DNA from: Takakia lepidozioides
Taxonomy: Eukaryota; Plantae; Bryophyta
DNA: 64,000 nucleotides
Reading direction: 5' to 3'
Assembly (NCBI GenBank): GCA_030704615.1
Contig: CM060734.1
Span: 56,606,001 to 56,670,000, forward strand
Below, piece after piece: positions 1 to 14,215 of the stretch. Position numbers and translations under genes: made by a program. Within the stretch, counting starts at the first letter, position 1, and each line of letters opens with the position of its first letter. The notes beneath the pieces are model-generated. The model saw only the letters and a list, made by a program, of their open reading frames with translations, ran no database searches and was not told the origin of the DNA.

Positions 1-151
1 GTGCTGAAAACTTCTTTGTATGTTGATGCCTTATGGTGGAATTGCAATAGTGTAAGTAGTGTAAAGTGCTCTGATACCAACGTGTGTTTTGATTGCCTGA
101 ATCTTTGAATTGCTGTTCTAGATAGTATTGTGTGCTTTGAGTTTTTCTACA
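1..151 (+). repeat. 5' LTR (3' part only)
   Basis: Near-identical to ~4818-4959; ends ...CTACA and is followed immediately by the PBS. Confidence 0.9.
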
Positions 152-165
152 GTTTATGGGCCCAC
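152..165 (+). promoter_or_regulatory. Primer binding site complementary to the internal (anticodon-arm) region of tRNA-iMet, half-tRNA priming type
   Basis: GTTTATGGGCCCAC vs GGTTATGGGCCCAC, the complement of plant tRNA-iMet GTGGGCCCATAACC; 13/14 match, directly after the LTR. Confidence 0.85.
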
Positions 166-287
166 AAACGTTTGAAGCTCAGTCAGAGAGTGCTTTCGTG
201 AACAATTTTATTTCTGAGAGTTCTTTCTTGATTTTGTTCACGAATGAAACTAGAACTAGTAGAGAGATCTAGGAAATAGCAGCAAAG

Positions 288-3200
288 ATGAGTTCAGCTA
301 CCACATCGAAAGATGTGATGCATATAGAGAGATTTTCAGGAGAGAATTTTTCTCTATGGAAGTTTCAAATGATGATTCTCCTAAGAGCCAAGAAGCTATG
401 GTCTCTTGTCAGTGGGAAGGATTTGAGAGCAGTGGCCTCGGATAAAGACGAATGGGATGATAGGGACAGCAATGTCTGCATGTATATTACTCAAGGAGTA
501 GATACGAATCACCTGCAACAGTTGGTAAACTGCACAAACTCAGTAGAGATGTGGGCGAAACTAGTGGCAGTTCATGAGCAAAATGCTACCGAGAACATTC
601 ATGTCTTACAAAGCAAGATGTATCATCTCAAGATGGAAGAAAATGAGAGCATCTCCAATTATATCAGCAAGATAGAACTGATGGCAAAACAGTTGAGTGA
701 TCTTGGTGAGAAGATGACTGAATCAGCTATCATGGCAAAGATAGTGTGCACTTTACCTCCAAGCTATGAGAACATCTTAGATGCATGGGATAGTGTACCC
801 GCTGCCGAGAGGACGTTGAACAACTTGCAATCTAGGTTACTCAAGAAAGAAACGTTGAGAAAAGCGCGAGGAAACAAGGAGGATGTCATGGATAAGGCTT
901 TCTTCACAAAGCATGTCAAAGGAAGACATAACTCATCCACAAGCGGTGGAAGTTTTCTGACAAAGGAGCAGAAGAAGGAGAGAGCTGAAAGAATAGCGGA
1001 GTTAAAAAAGAAAACGAGGTGCAACACCTGCGGTGAAGTTGGGCACTGGGAGCGAGAATGTACGAAGAGTATTGCTGCTAACATAGTGGAATCCATTAAG
1101 ATGAGCGATGCCTATGCTGCCACTGCATTTCATCATGAAGAAATAGAGCGTGTCGATGATGGCTCAGTGACATAAGGAAGAAACACTGATCAGAACATTG
1201 TCAATGATCTGGTAAAGATTGTACATATTAGCAATGCTAATGCAGCAGTGTACAACAGCACGTCAATTGGAGAGAAAGTTGGCGATGAAGACGATATATT
1301 CTGGTACTCGGACAGTGCTGCATCTGAGCACATGACCAACAAGATGCAATGGTTCAAAAATCTTAAGAAGATTGAATCTCATGGGGAGTACAAGTTGCCA
1401 CTGATGTTATAGTATGGGTAAGTGGAATAGGGGATATAGATATCCTAACCCTAGCAGGAAGTGAGTGGAGAAAGGGAACAATATACAACGTGTTGTTTGT
1501 ACCCGACCTCAGAAAGAATCTGTTCTCAGTAGCGAAGGCTGTAGACAGAGATTACATCGTCATCTATGATAAGCGTACTTGTAAGCTGTATGCAAATCAG
1601 GGAAGGGAACCTCTTATGATGACTGGAGTGAGAGAGGAAAACCTTTGGAAACTGCAAATCAAAGTGATTACGGGAGAGTCTCTGCAAGCAAACATGGTAT
1701 TGTCGACGGATAATATTCAAACAAATGTGGCGGTGACAACTGAGGGAGCAAGTCTTCAAACGTGGCATGATCGACTTGGACACATCAGTGTCGACATGAT
1801 TAAACAAATGGAGAAAACACAGATCGTCGATGGTGTGAAAATACTGAACCCTAATGCAGATCTGGAGTTCTGTGAAGGTTGTGCCATGGGCAAGAATCAC
1901 AGAGTTGCGTTTCCAGTAAATGAAGAACGTGAGAGGGTTCAGACTCCTGGAGAGTTCTACCATGCTGATGTGTGTACAATGAATGTAGACTCGCATGGAG
2001 GTTCCAAACATTTTGTCATGTTTAAAGATGATCATAGCAGCTATAGGATCTTGTATTGCATGAAAACAAAAGGAGAAGTTCTCAAGTTCTTCAAGCAGCT
2101 GTGTGTGGAATCAGAGATAGAGACAGGACATGCAGTGAGAAAGCTTAGAAGCGACAGTGGAGGAGAATTCTTGAGCGCAAAATTTAAGACTTTCCTTGAA
2201 GAAAATGGAATTCGGCATGAACTTACAGCGCCATATTCCCCATAGCAAAATGGTGTCATCGAATAGGACAATAGGACTCTCGTTGAAAGATTTAGATGTA
2301 TGCTGCAAGCAAAAGGTCTCACTCCTAATTTCTGGGCAGAAGCTGCCACTACAGCTGCATACACCCTAAATCGAACGGGAACCGGGGTGTTGAATGGGAA
2401 AACACCTTTGGAGGCCTGGAATGGGAAGAAACCTGACATCAGCCATCTACGAGTGTTTGGTAGCATGGCATATTCACATGTACCCAAAGAGCTGAGAAAG
2501 AAATTGGATGTCAAGAGCAAAAAGTGCATATTTCTTGGTTACAGTGTGGAATCTAAGGCGTATCGGCTATGGGATATTGAGCAGCAGCACATAGTCATCA
2601 GCCGTGATGTGTTAGTAGATGAGAAGGGTAACCGTAATTCTTCACCCATCGAAGAAATAATGAGCAGACCTAACACATGCGCTATGGTACTTGAGGGAGT
2701 GGGAGACAAAATGGCTCCAGAAGTACAAAATTCAGAGGGGAATACGATTGACCAGCATAATGAGCATCCTAAAATTCAGCTAGTAGTGGATCTACCTATT
2801 GCCATGGATGAAGGCGAAATTCATGCAGCAAACACAGGGACTGAGCGGGTTGCACTAAGCTTGCAAAGTCAGGGAACAGAAGTACATAGATCTCGACGGC
2901 CACCACAGGCATTTGGCGAGTGGGAGAGTAATTACCCTTCGTTTGCTAGAATAACTGAATACATACCATTACCAAAGGAGCCAAAACGGTATGAGGAGGC
3001 GATGATGTCTCCTGATCGAGCTAAGTGGGAGCTAGCAATGAAGGAAGAAATTGACTCGTTACACAAAAATGAAACGTGGATGCTTGTTGATTTGCCAAAG
3101 GGAAGACACACAGTGAAGTACAAATGGGTATACAAGGTAAAGCCTCGAGCAGATGGGAGTATTGAGAGGTATAAAGCCCGGTTGGTTGCAAACGGATACT

Positions 3201-4450
3201 CGCAGGAGTATGGAATTGATTTTCAAGAAACTTTTGCCCCCGTTGCGAAATTCAATTCAATCAGAACCCTATTAGCAGTGGTTGCCGCTGAGGATCTGGA
3301 ATGATTCAGTTCGATATAAAAACCGCTTTCCAACATGGAGAGATACAGGAGGAGATATATATGGATCAGCCCAGAGGCTATGTGAAGCCAGGAGAAGAAA
3401 AGAAAGTCTGTAGACTATTAAAAAGTTTATATGGTCAAATATGACCTGCAACCCGGCGCAGCAGACCCCTGTGTGTATTTTCGCAACTCAGCGCCAAAGT
3501 TATTCACCACCATTTTTGTGGATGACGGGCTAGGTTGCTCGGAGAGCAAAGAAATACTGGATGGTATGATCAGTTTTCTTAACAAGGAATTTGAAGTTAA
3601 AGCTGGAAGCGCCGTATGCTATGTTGGCCTTCACATTGAAAGAAACAGGGGATTGCGATCGATCACCATAGACCAACACTGATACGTGATGTTCATAATC
3701 CAGAAATTTGGATTTGGGGATGCACATACAGTGAGTACACCTGCAGATCCCAATGTGCAGTTGCATCTACCAAGAGGTGAAGATGAAGAAGAGGAACATG
3801 AGTTTCCTTATCAACAGGCAGTTGGGAGCTTGATGTTCGCCATGATTGGCACACGGCCATACATTGCATATGCAGTCAGCACTGTGGCCAAGTATTCACA
3901 GAATCCCAAGCGAATTCATTGCACAGCTGTAAAGAGGATATTCAAATATCTCAGGGGGACAACAGACTATCGTCTGTGCTACTCACGTTGCAAGAATTCA
4001 AACACTCTTACGGCTTTTGCTGATGCTGACTATGCAGGGGACTTGGTCGATCGACGATCTAGAAGTGGGAATCAAGAAGCTGTTACGTGGGTGAACAGAA
4101 AACAAATGTGCACAGCAAGTTCAACGATAGAGTCAGAGTACATAGCAGCTTGTTTAACTACGAAGGAGACAATCTAGTTATGAAGGTTGATGTCTGATCT
4201 TGGGCACACACAGAATGACCCTACTCCCTTATATTCAGACAATCAAAGTGCAAACCGATTGGTCTTGAATCCGGAGTTTCATCGAAGAACAAAGCACATT
4301 GATGTGCAATATCATAGATTTTCAGGCACAGGGTGCAATCCGGATGACGTATATGAACACGAATGCACAAATCGCAGATATCTTAACGAAGCCTCTTACC
4401 GCTGACAAGTTTAATCGATTCCGTAGCATGCTTGGACTGATAGAGCAACC
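288..4450 (+). pseudogene. copia gag-pol polyprotein, disrupted
   Basis: ORF pieces 288-1175, 1490-2245, 2300-3304, 3431-3682, 3686-4177 and 4187-4450 are separated by stops and frameshifts; internal deletion after KSLYG (~3435). Confidence 0.92.
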
Positions 4451-4541
4451 AGTCTGGGTGAGTTTTTTGTGCACACATTGGCTATTCCTTTTGTTTCGTA
4501 GGATCTTTTTCTCTTGCCATGGAATAACCAGAGAGTGGGAG

Positions 4542-4959
4542 TGTTGTTTTTTCTGGTAGAAATCGCAGTGTGACCATGTTACTGCAAGTCATCAAGAGTT
4601 ACGAGTTACACTGATTTATTCCATGACGGAATATCTAAATCAGAGGCCAACTAGGTTACACTAGGATTTAACGGAGACATGCAGTTGGCCAAGGTGTTGC
4701 TACTGCGTACTATTTACTGATGGATAGTGACAGCATTATTTTGAATTACTAGACTCCCTCCAGCCCCGAGCAATCGTTACTACTAATAGTATTTAGGCTT
4801 ACTACAGAGTCTTTGAGGTGCTGAAAACTTCTTTGTATGTTGATGCCTTATGGTGGAATTGCAGTAGTGTAAAGTGCTACGATACCATCGTGTGTTTTGA
4901 TTGCCTGAATCTTTGAATTGCTGTTCTAGATAGTATTGTGTGCTTTGAGTTTTAGTACA
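4542..4959 (+). repeat. 3' LTR (~418 bp, TG...CA)
   Basis: Starts TGTTG right after the PPT, ends TACA; its 3' part matches 1-151. Confidence 0.88.
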
Positions 4960-7900
4960 ATGACATAACCAGACAAAACTCATTGCTCTGGCCCTGTTTT
5001 CGAGACCCTCCGCTCTGCTACTCTATGGAACATTTGGAGAACTAGGTGTCATTGGGCTTTGGGTGGAGAGCGCTAATGCGTTTCTCAAGATTTTAATTAT
5101 ACTGACCACTATTTTCTTGGATGCTCAAACTGAAGCAAGGAAGGCCTGGGTCAAACTGCATGCAGACATCTGCAGGGATGCGGAGGCTGAGCCTCAGCTC
5201 GTCAATAAATCCACAACTACCTGGCGAAGAAGAGACATTATATGCAGCTGCGCTTCGTCAGCCCACTGTCACTGGTCCCCGCATCCCCGAATTCGAGAGG
5301 GAGGTTAATTAGAAGCACCTTTCCGGGCGTCGTGCGGCCAGGCAACGCTCAGCTGCTAGGCTCAGCTATTCGACAGTTAGTATTTCTGCCAACTCCAGCT
5401 CGGAATGATGGTTGCAGGCTCCGGCAGCTCCCCGATGGTCTTGAAGCTTCCCCCTAGGCTGCCAGTACTCCTTATAGCTGATGCTGTAGAGGTCATACTT
5501 CTCTTCTAAGCTATTCCTAAATCAATGTCTCTGAAGCTCCTATCCCACCCGCCACTACAGGCGAAATCAGTTACTATTCCCTACAGCTTAACTGTGGGCC
5601 TGTCAGCTTTTGTCTAAGTATCTCGTTCTACCTGTGTATGTCCTTAGGATGGATCGTAGAGTTCTCATACTCAGCAAAACTCCACCATTCCAGCCCATTC
5701 TAGAAACTAGTCTGGCCCGCCAGACTACCATTGCTGGCTCCTCCTCGTGGGCCCATTATGAATTTTTATCTGATTAGAAATAGACTTGTCACTCACCTAT
5801 TCACGTTAAGTTAGTAGGCTCGCCTGTGCATGCTAGTACACTCACCTGTTCGCATCAGCAGACTCACCCACTGCCCCCTCAGCACACTCACCCATCCCCT
5901 CTTCCGTCTGCCAATCTTCATCCAATAGGGTCTAAACAGAGGGAGGAGTATTGAACAATCGGATGCTGTTGCAGCACGCATCGATGGACATGTGGGTTCC
6001 TGTTGACTGACAATCATTCCTGGTCATGCCTTCTGGCCTAGATGCAGTAAATTGATCAAAGCTCAAATGCCTGGCGAACAGTATTGAGAAGACCAACAGT
6101 ACACGCAAGTGCTCCTACCCGCACCACATCCTTTTGAGGATCGGGAACCTCAGTACGCAAGGCATTATTCACTGTTAGCCAAATCCAAGATCCTTGCCCG
6201 TTATAGCGAGGCACACGCTATATCAATCCAGATATTGGAAGGAATGATTGAATCAGTTACTCTTACTTCCGCGCAATCTCATTCCAGCTTTGGTGATTCC
6301 AAGAATAGCTTTGAACCAGACTTGCATCAAAGGTGACGGGTTAGGCCAAATGGCCCGGCCAAACGCTCTTTTGAGTTTAGAGCAGTCGACCAAGCCTGCT
6401 CACGCACGGCTCTAGCTGACATTCTAACCTCATTCTAAAGATGATGGGCATGTTTTCTTATCACTCAGATAAATACGCCAAGCGTGCTGCTTCTTCCAAG
6501 AATTTACAAGAACCGTCTTCTGGTGCTTGTCACGCATTTGAAGATGGATTAGAAGTAAACATGTCCACAGAAGTGCAGTCAATTTGAAGCACGTTGAGCA
6601 AAAAGGAAGAGTTCAGCGATCTAAGCCTGACGCGCTGATCGCATACAGTACCCACAGATTACAAATCTCCAGCTAGTCTATATACAGAACCAGTGAGAAC
6701 TAGGCTACACTTGAGCTGCTCAGATACTCAATCTACACCAATCGAGCTTCCATCCGCGAGAAATCAGTACTTCCATGTGATATGTTCAACCTACAATGGA
6801 AGAACTTAGCCTATCTACACACTCGTGCAAACTTGCAAAGCCTTCCTTCAACCGGTGCCGCTGATACCCATATCAATGGGCTTGTCCTCACTAGTGCCCC
6901 CTGGAGCGGCTGCCTCAGCGTGGGGCAGCAGCACCTGCAACAAAGACAAGGCCTCCCAGCCCGGTGGCCGCATTTGGATCGGGAGCTTTATCACTTGTGA
7001 AATTCACTGGTACTCGGAGTTGGGAAGGATTGTTGCTAGTAGATCGGTTTTTGGGCTATACTCGGAGAGGCAGTAGATTTTGAAGTTCGGTTGGCGCAGC
7101 GAGACAGCGTGGAGGTGACGCTTGGCCACTGCAGTATGACTCGCTCAAGATCCAGAGACCACGCGTTAACCTCAATTTTGCATGCCACATCACTTTCTGT
7201 ACGCGTGTTCTCTAAGATCTTTTGTTGTCGGCAAGCTATATGCCCATCCCTCATCTCTATCCCTCATCTCGCAACGGAAAGTGGGTGCCCAAACAATTGG
7301 AGGTGGTCTTCTGCACTGTCTCATCAAATTGTCCCAAAAAGTAATGAATCTTGCCTGTCCCTAGAACACAGAGGCTTTCTCAAGGTTGATCTGCTCACGA
7401 CAAGCAACCCTGGATGAGCTTTAGATTGGTCCAACGGCCAACCCATATATGAATTCATGGGGTGACGCTCTCATGGCCGTCAAATCCATGCAGTACAGTG
7501 GCTTGCAAGACAAACGGTGAAGTTTGAAGCCAAAGGATGTCATCCTTGAGATTATGCCCTTCAACTCAGCGAAGTCAGGTGACATAATGTAAGGTGTTCC
7601 TCCTCATCTGTTCTTCAACCTGCGTAAGCCCAGAGATGTTAAACCTTCGGGAGATCCAAGGCACAAGACTCAGTTGACTGCAAATTTCTGTCGGAGGGAT
7701 TTGTTACCACGTTGATGAAAGGCACACATGATGTGTGCATCTCAGCAGATATGGATGTTACCATACTGGATATAGGCATACATGTCCAAAATGTGCAAAC
7801 CAAACAAAACACAAACCATACCCTGTCATAAGCTAGCATGTGAACCATACCATGGCAGGTCTGTCTGTTACATGCTCTGGGCCATGATAAAAATCACACC

Positions 7901-8694
7901 AAAGGTGGCTTGGTCAATAACCTTGTTAACCCTGAACTCCACCTCAGTACTAAGCACAATCTGGTGTCCTCCCAACAATAATCATAAATTTTTCCCTAAT
8001 GACTACAAGGCATAAGCAGGATTGTCAAAGGTAGAAGGCCATCGCGTGGACGCATCAAAACTTCTATAAGATTTGCAATGTTCTGCAACTGCACAAAACC
8101 TCTAGACTGCACCAGAGACATTGGACATTATTCTCATCTGCATCATGCTGGTGAAAAAGCATTACCAGCAATATCTGAAGCTAGATGTTGCTGGTCTCAC
8201 AAAATGTCCTGGATTTGCTGTTCCCTATGGGATTGACAGCAGACTCTGGACTTGAGTTCGTACATCCTATAACTAACTACTCCTGGCTGAATATATCCAG
8301 GTTGGCTACACAAAATATACAAAAGAATTTCCTAATGGGTCTCAATGAGCAAGACCACCAAACCATTCATGAAGATAGTGTCACATCAACCAATAGGGAC
8401 TTCATCTGGAAGTGAACACGGACAATTAAAAGACACTCCAATTCGATCGTAATCCTAGGGGGTTCATGTACAGGTGCCTTACCCAAGCTTCTGCCTCTGG
8501 TAAGCTCTGCCTACATGAGGTGGGCCTTGCAAAAGGCACCTCAAGGCTTGACAAAAATTCATTTACATGCAACAATTGCAATCCTGCTTCTGGGCTGGAA
8601 CCATTTTTCAAGAAACCATTTAGTAAACAGGTCATATCTGATGCCCATCACTGCCCTATCCGTCTGCATACAAGCCTCTCAATTCACTTCCCCT

Positions 8695-11600
8695 TCACAT
8701 GGACTCGGACCCATTCGCTGAGCTGGTAGAATTATGCGTTAATGATGCAACTGGCTTTAACCTTTGCACCCGCTTTGTGTTCTTCTTAAGGGTGGCGACT
8801 GCCTGTCACCATCCAACACACAAACGATCAATCATCAGTGTCAGCTAAGCTACTTCTGACCTCCCTACTAACCATTGATAAGGGGCTTCTCCCACATTAT
8901 CAGATAATGTCCTGAGAATCCATCCTCAACAAGTTACCTCACTTGCATGAGATTCCCATTAAGACAGTTGGCTATGGCAACTGATCCCTAAGCTAAAATT
9001 AGTCCTTTAACTGAAGCAAAGGCTGCTGGAAGCTTCAGAAGCAGCTCAAAAGGGGATGATATCTGGCTAAACCTTGTTTCGATGCTGGGAGAGGTACCTC
9101 ATCGTCACCATCTTCCCCAAATTCTGTTTCCTGTTTCCGTCCCTTCGAAGTTGCATTTGAAGCCCCACCATTGCTGACAGTCACTCTACTTGGCAATGAC
9201 GGAGAGGCCTTGGCTTCACCCTTTGCTGACTTGGGAGTGGAGACAGATTTCTTAAGAGCAAATTTCCGGTCCCTCTCTGCCTGTAGCTCAGCTGCCTCAG
9301 CAGCCTTCTCAGACAGCTTCCGTCTGCGCTTGATGCGGCCATTTGCTCCCACCTCTTCATCTGCAAGCAGCAAATGTGACCATGGTTTAACCCATGAGTA
9401 GAGCAGTTCATTGCTCGAGGAATGCAGGTGTAATAATTTTTGGACATTGAGTGATCTACGATGGCATGCAATTACCCACAGTGTGCACACTATTAACAGT
9501 CTTATGCAAGGTCCTTAATAGTCTCTCCAACAGTTTCCAATGCTCTTGCTACCCGAGGTGAAAGGGGGCAAGTAACGAAGCCGAGCTTAGCAATAGTGTA
9601 ACCATGCAACCATGGGCATAATCTCTTACAAGATGGGATATGCCAAGGCAGCCACTGACCTGCCAGAGAGTCTCCAAAAGCACCAGCAGAATTAAGCTCC
9701 GCGTTCTGGCCACTATGCTCTGGTTCAGAATATTGGGACCCCGCAGAAACAGATGGGGTCACACTGCTCTGCATCTGTGGGTTTGAAGGTAAGCTTACAG
9801 AAGGCTGGGGGGAGGGAGGGAGGTGGGGAGGGGAAGCATCGGGTAATGGAACGGTCGGCAAGAAGTAGAGCCCGTCCTCAGACTCATCACTGTCACTAAA
9901 TGCCGCCACCTTTTCCATCGTCATTATGTCCACCTCAGCATCCTCATCTAGCCGGGGCGGCTTCACCTGTTCTTTCCCAAAGGTTGTACAACTTCAGGGC
10001 CTTCACCAAATACAGAATTCAGATACACCCATCTTTGTGCACCTTCTGGCTAAATAACAATCTTACCATAGACCTGCTTTAGCTCTTACAACCAATAGCA
10101 CCCAACTTACAGCCAACAGGACTCAATTGCTCGATCAAGCGCCGTGAAGATTGTTGCAGGGAACCGAAACAGACATTGCATACCTTGAAAGCTGGGTTGC
10201 TCACAACTGTACCAATATGGGGTTTGAATAGGGAAGTCCAAGCTTACCTTCTCAGGTTCGGGCAATATATCAAACTCATCCTCTCTTTCCACATACTCTT
10301 CATTCTCTTCGAGCTCTTTGAAATCAGGAGCAAAGGCACTCCAATTCTCCGTATAATCCTTAGCCCATAAGTACACCACACCTGACATGGACACAGATGC
10401 TACAACAGGGCGAGTTGGGTGCCAGGCAAGGTCTGTTAGCCCCTCCTTCGGACCTTCCAATATACGTGCTAGCTGTCCAAAGTTCCTGGTGCAAATGATT
10501 CTTTGAATTAGGAGAGTTCTCAACAGTCCATGATGAAAAGGATGCAAAGATAAGTGTCTCAAGAATGGTACACGTTCTAGATTGTTGGTACCCAGCCCCC
10601 TCCGAGGACATGTAGAAGCCATGCACTTTCCAAATTTAAGAGAAAACATGATCTTACCTTTACGTGTAGCCAATGAAGGATTTTACATTACAAAAAGTCA
10701 AAGACGAGAAGGATTAAGATAGTAGCATTCAGATCCTGTCCTGACCTGTTCCAGATGTGAATCTTATGCTCTCCCTTGTTGGCTGAGGCCCCAACCACAC
10801 ACTCACCATCCCCATTGAAGCATGCCCCTTTCCAGTGCATTTTGTTGACAGCATCCTGGAAATCTTTCGTGAAGCGAAGGCATTGCACACTTTGGGACTT
10901 TCCCGTGTTGCTAGATGTTCCTTCAACATCTCCATTGGACACAGCATTTATCCATTCTGTTAGAGTTGCAGCTGCACTGTCTCGCGGTAACAGGTTCTCA
11001 AACACCCTTAGGATTCGGTCAGTTGAGTTAGTCAGCAGGTATTGTCCATTTCGACTAAACACAATCTGCCTGATTGCAGCACCCCCTGGCACCTGCAGCA
11101 TGAACCAGGTGATTCATCTGATGGACTCAGTTCTTACACTTCATATGACATTTATGCCAAAGCAGTTCCACCTGAACATCCTCACACAAATCCAATGCCT
11201 TTGATGGACACACACAAGCATGAACCCCCTCCAGCTAACCCTGAGGCATCAAGTGGAAACTCAATCACAAACACTCTGTCGTACACTGACTCTCAAGTTC
11301 ACAGTCTGTCATAACCCATTAACACAGAGTTCATACAAACAGAGAAGAGTTGGGAGTTTGCATAGTATGGGAATGGGGGAGGTATGCAAAAAGTGTAGTA
11401 CTGGAACAGTGAAAAATTTGCTAGAGATTGGCAGTTATGTAAAGTCATCTATGTATGTACCGAGTCATAACTCCATTTAGACATAAACAGGTAACTCGAA
11501 CAGTTGCTGCCAGTCCAAGTTACAACATAGCAAGTGCACGATTAACATAAAGTCTCAGACATCGACTTCATCATGTGTGGCATTGAGAAGCAGCCTCCAC

Positions 11601-13261
11601 TACCCACCGCCTCATCAGCTCCTGACAGTGGCTGTACCATCACATATAATACTACGCTCAGATTATCTTTATACTGAGGTTCTGACACTTTTTCAGTAGT
11701 AAAAAGAAAACTCACCATGGCGTAGGCTAGCATTCATCAGTCAAAGCCCTAAGAAAGCCAACATTGGAACTAGAGTACAAGACAAGCAATAAATGTTTCA
11801 GTTCCATTTTCTTCTTGGGTTAAATGAAGAATATAGAAACACTGACCTGTACACATGTTTGGACTTGCTGTGTCTCTGCATCAATGATCAGAATTTCTCC
11901 CTTGAAGTTTCCCACATAAATAAGGTCGCCTCTCTTATTGAAGCTGGCTGCAGCTGGCGAAAAGGGGGCACTTGTGTCTGCAAACTTACCTGTCCTACCC
12001 TGGGGCACACCACCATCCCGATTTTTTGGAGAAACCACAACAGGAAGAGGCCGTATGACTTCTGAACCAAAATCAACAAGTATGGGCGCCCCTGAAATAG
12101 GGCATGCGAGACACAGAGACGGCTGTACTGTTGCTGGGTGGAGGCGGGCATGCAGCGCAGTCAGCGGTAAGGTGACAGTACCAATTTTGGCTCCCTTCGC
12201 TACATCCCATAGTGATAGGGTCTTATCGGTGGCTGCCGCCACTAATCGATGCCCACACTTGGACCAGCTCACACTGGCAATGGCAGCACTCGATTCCTTG
12301 GCCCGCAGCTCCTTGGCAACTCCACGAGTGTCGAAGTCCCAAATGACACAGGCCCCATCAGCTGTCCCAGCTGCATTTGTAAATATACCTCAGTCAGTCT
12401 GTCAATCTTAAGTATAGTAACCCTGAAGTCATTACATGAACTCCAGCTCAACTTTTCAGACTTCTCATCCACAATTTGGAGAAACCTAGAGTTCGTTGAC
12501 TTTAAAAGGAAAGGGCAGCCAAAGGGTAGTACCTGCAAGAAGGGTTCCTCGCCGATTGAATGCAATACACTTCGTGATTCCATGCTCCAGATACTCCTCT
12601 ATCACTTCTGGGAAATCACTTTGAAACGGGTCTGGATGCACATTCAACCAATCAGGTTGTTGGCTTGAGAACCAAAAAATCGTAATCCCAATTTTAAGGG
12701 CAGTACAGCAAGCAGAAAAGAAAGGATCAAAGAAGAAAATGAATAGGAACCCAGGCCCTTATCAGGTAATTTCCTGTAGTTCATATCCAGGTGGATCCTC
12801 TCATGGGTCTTGCACGTTTAATTTCAAACCAAATGCCTGGTCGTGCTACAGCAGGACAGGACTACAATTCAGATTAATCCTTACAGATTGTTGCTATCAG
12901 ATTTTTACTTCGAGGAAAAGCTAACCTATTTCTAAGAACAATCTGGCAACTTGGGCCACCAATCTCGTGGGACTGGGTCAAAAAACACGGCTTAAACATT
13001 TCAAACTTCAAAATCTAGATATCAATTGAGGGATTCAGCATTCACAGCAGCGCTGCACCGCTAGACGACATCCAGGCACGCAACTACCACAAATGCCAAA
13101 GACGCTTGAAGTGCTAGAACCCACAATAGACCGAAGGACGGGAAATAAAGGGAGGCCAGAGAAAGGGCTCATGCAATTGCCTTCATAACTTGTTACAAAG
13201 CAATCAGAGAGCTATCAAAGAACGAGACCAAAGTTTCCATACCAAGCAAACAGAGATTCAT
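8695..13261 (-). CDS. RBL: WD40 protein RBL / RBBP5 / Swd1 (COMPASS H3K4 methyltransferase subunit), 8 exons
   Basis: GT-AG exons 13261-13243, 12631-12533, 12370-11847, 11092-10746, 10485-10248, 9966-9660, 9360-9098 and 8802-8695 (last exon tentative). They give MNLCLLDPFQSDFPEVIEEYLEHG..CIAFNRRGTLLAAG..WDFDTRG..ENWSAFAPDFKELEENEEYVEREDEFD, diagnostic of RBBP5. Confidence 0.93.
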
Positions 13262-14144
13262 GGCGTCATCTCAGATGGACACGGAACCGCATTCCATTCT
13301 CTCCCGCCCTCCCTCCGCAGGTCGTGGGCACCCTCACTCCTTGCACCATAAGTACAGCAAATTCAACACGTCAACACACACGCACAAAACCCTGGACCTC
13401 CAAACCCTAGGTCTGCATGTGTTGTAACCTGTTTACCCAATTACATTTTAATTACTCTGGTTTTGGTCATTAGTAAGTTTTTGGTGAACTTCTCTTCACT
13501 GGACGATAATCAAACTTTACTTCCGTTGACTTTAAAAGAAATATAATAGAATTCCGTCTTAAATTGTTTTTTTAAAATAATAAACAGGGGTTTTTTGTTG
13601 TTTTTGAGAAAGGGGAGGAAGCCCGTTAAAGCTTTATTTGAATTATTGAAGCAGCAGTGGTTTCATTTTCACTTTTCCAAATTCGCAGGGCGACATGTAG
13701 ATTCTTCCCAGCGCCCATGTGGCAGGAATAACGAGGTGACAGAGCTAAAAGTGGCTCTATTACAGGTGTCACATTTTAACAGGTCCATGTAGGACCAATC
13801 TGGCTCCTGATATTTGACCATTGGCGCTTTCTGGCGATTTTTTCAATTTTTACTCCCATTATTCCTTAGTAAAAGTAGCTGACCAATTTTTCAGGTCGAA
13901 ATCTGGCGATTTTATGCCAGATTTAAAAACACTAATTGAAGGGATTATTTTTTATACCAATAGTTTTCCTTAATTATTATTTTTAATTTACATAAAAAGG
14001 AAACCTGGCCCAAGCGACAGCCCACAATTCAGGCCCTTCAGGAGGGGGGAAAATTAACACATTTATGGGCCATGAGACCTCTCTCGGACCTACATGATGA
14101 TCAACGCCTAGACATACCGTCACGAACAATCCCACACATAGGGC

Positions 14145-14215
14145 AGGGCAGCAAGTTTGAACCCTGAGCCACCAGGGCGACACATTGTGCACTTACCAGC
14201 TGAGCTACCAGCCGA
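14145..14215 (-). mobile_element. tRNA-derived SINE head / tRNA-like pseudo-element
   Basis: Minus strand has an A-box TGGTAGCTCAGCTGG and a B-box GGTTCAAAC at tRNA-like spacing; no clean cloverleaf. Confidence 0.55.

Larger units (their letters stand above)
1..4959 (+). mobile_element. Ty1/copia LTR retrotransposon, decayed (5' LTR cut by window edge)
   Basis: Copia domain order: gag (UBN2-like plus CCHC CNTCGEVGHWEREC), protease (WYSDSAASEHM), integrase (WHDRLGH..CEGC; LRSDSGGEF), RT (YKARLVANG, FVDD), RNase H (FADADYAGD, RTKHIDVQYH). Bases 1-151 are repeated at ~4818-4959. PPT GAGAGTGGGAG at 4531-4541. Confidence 0.95.
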
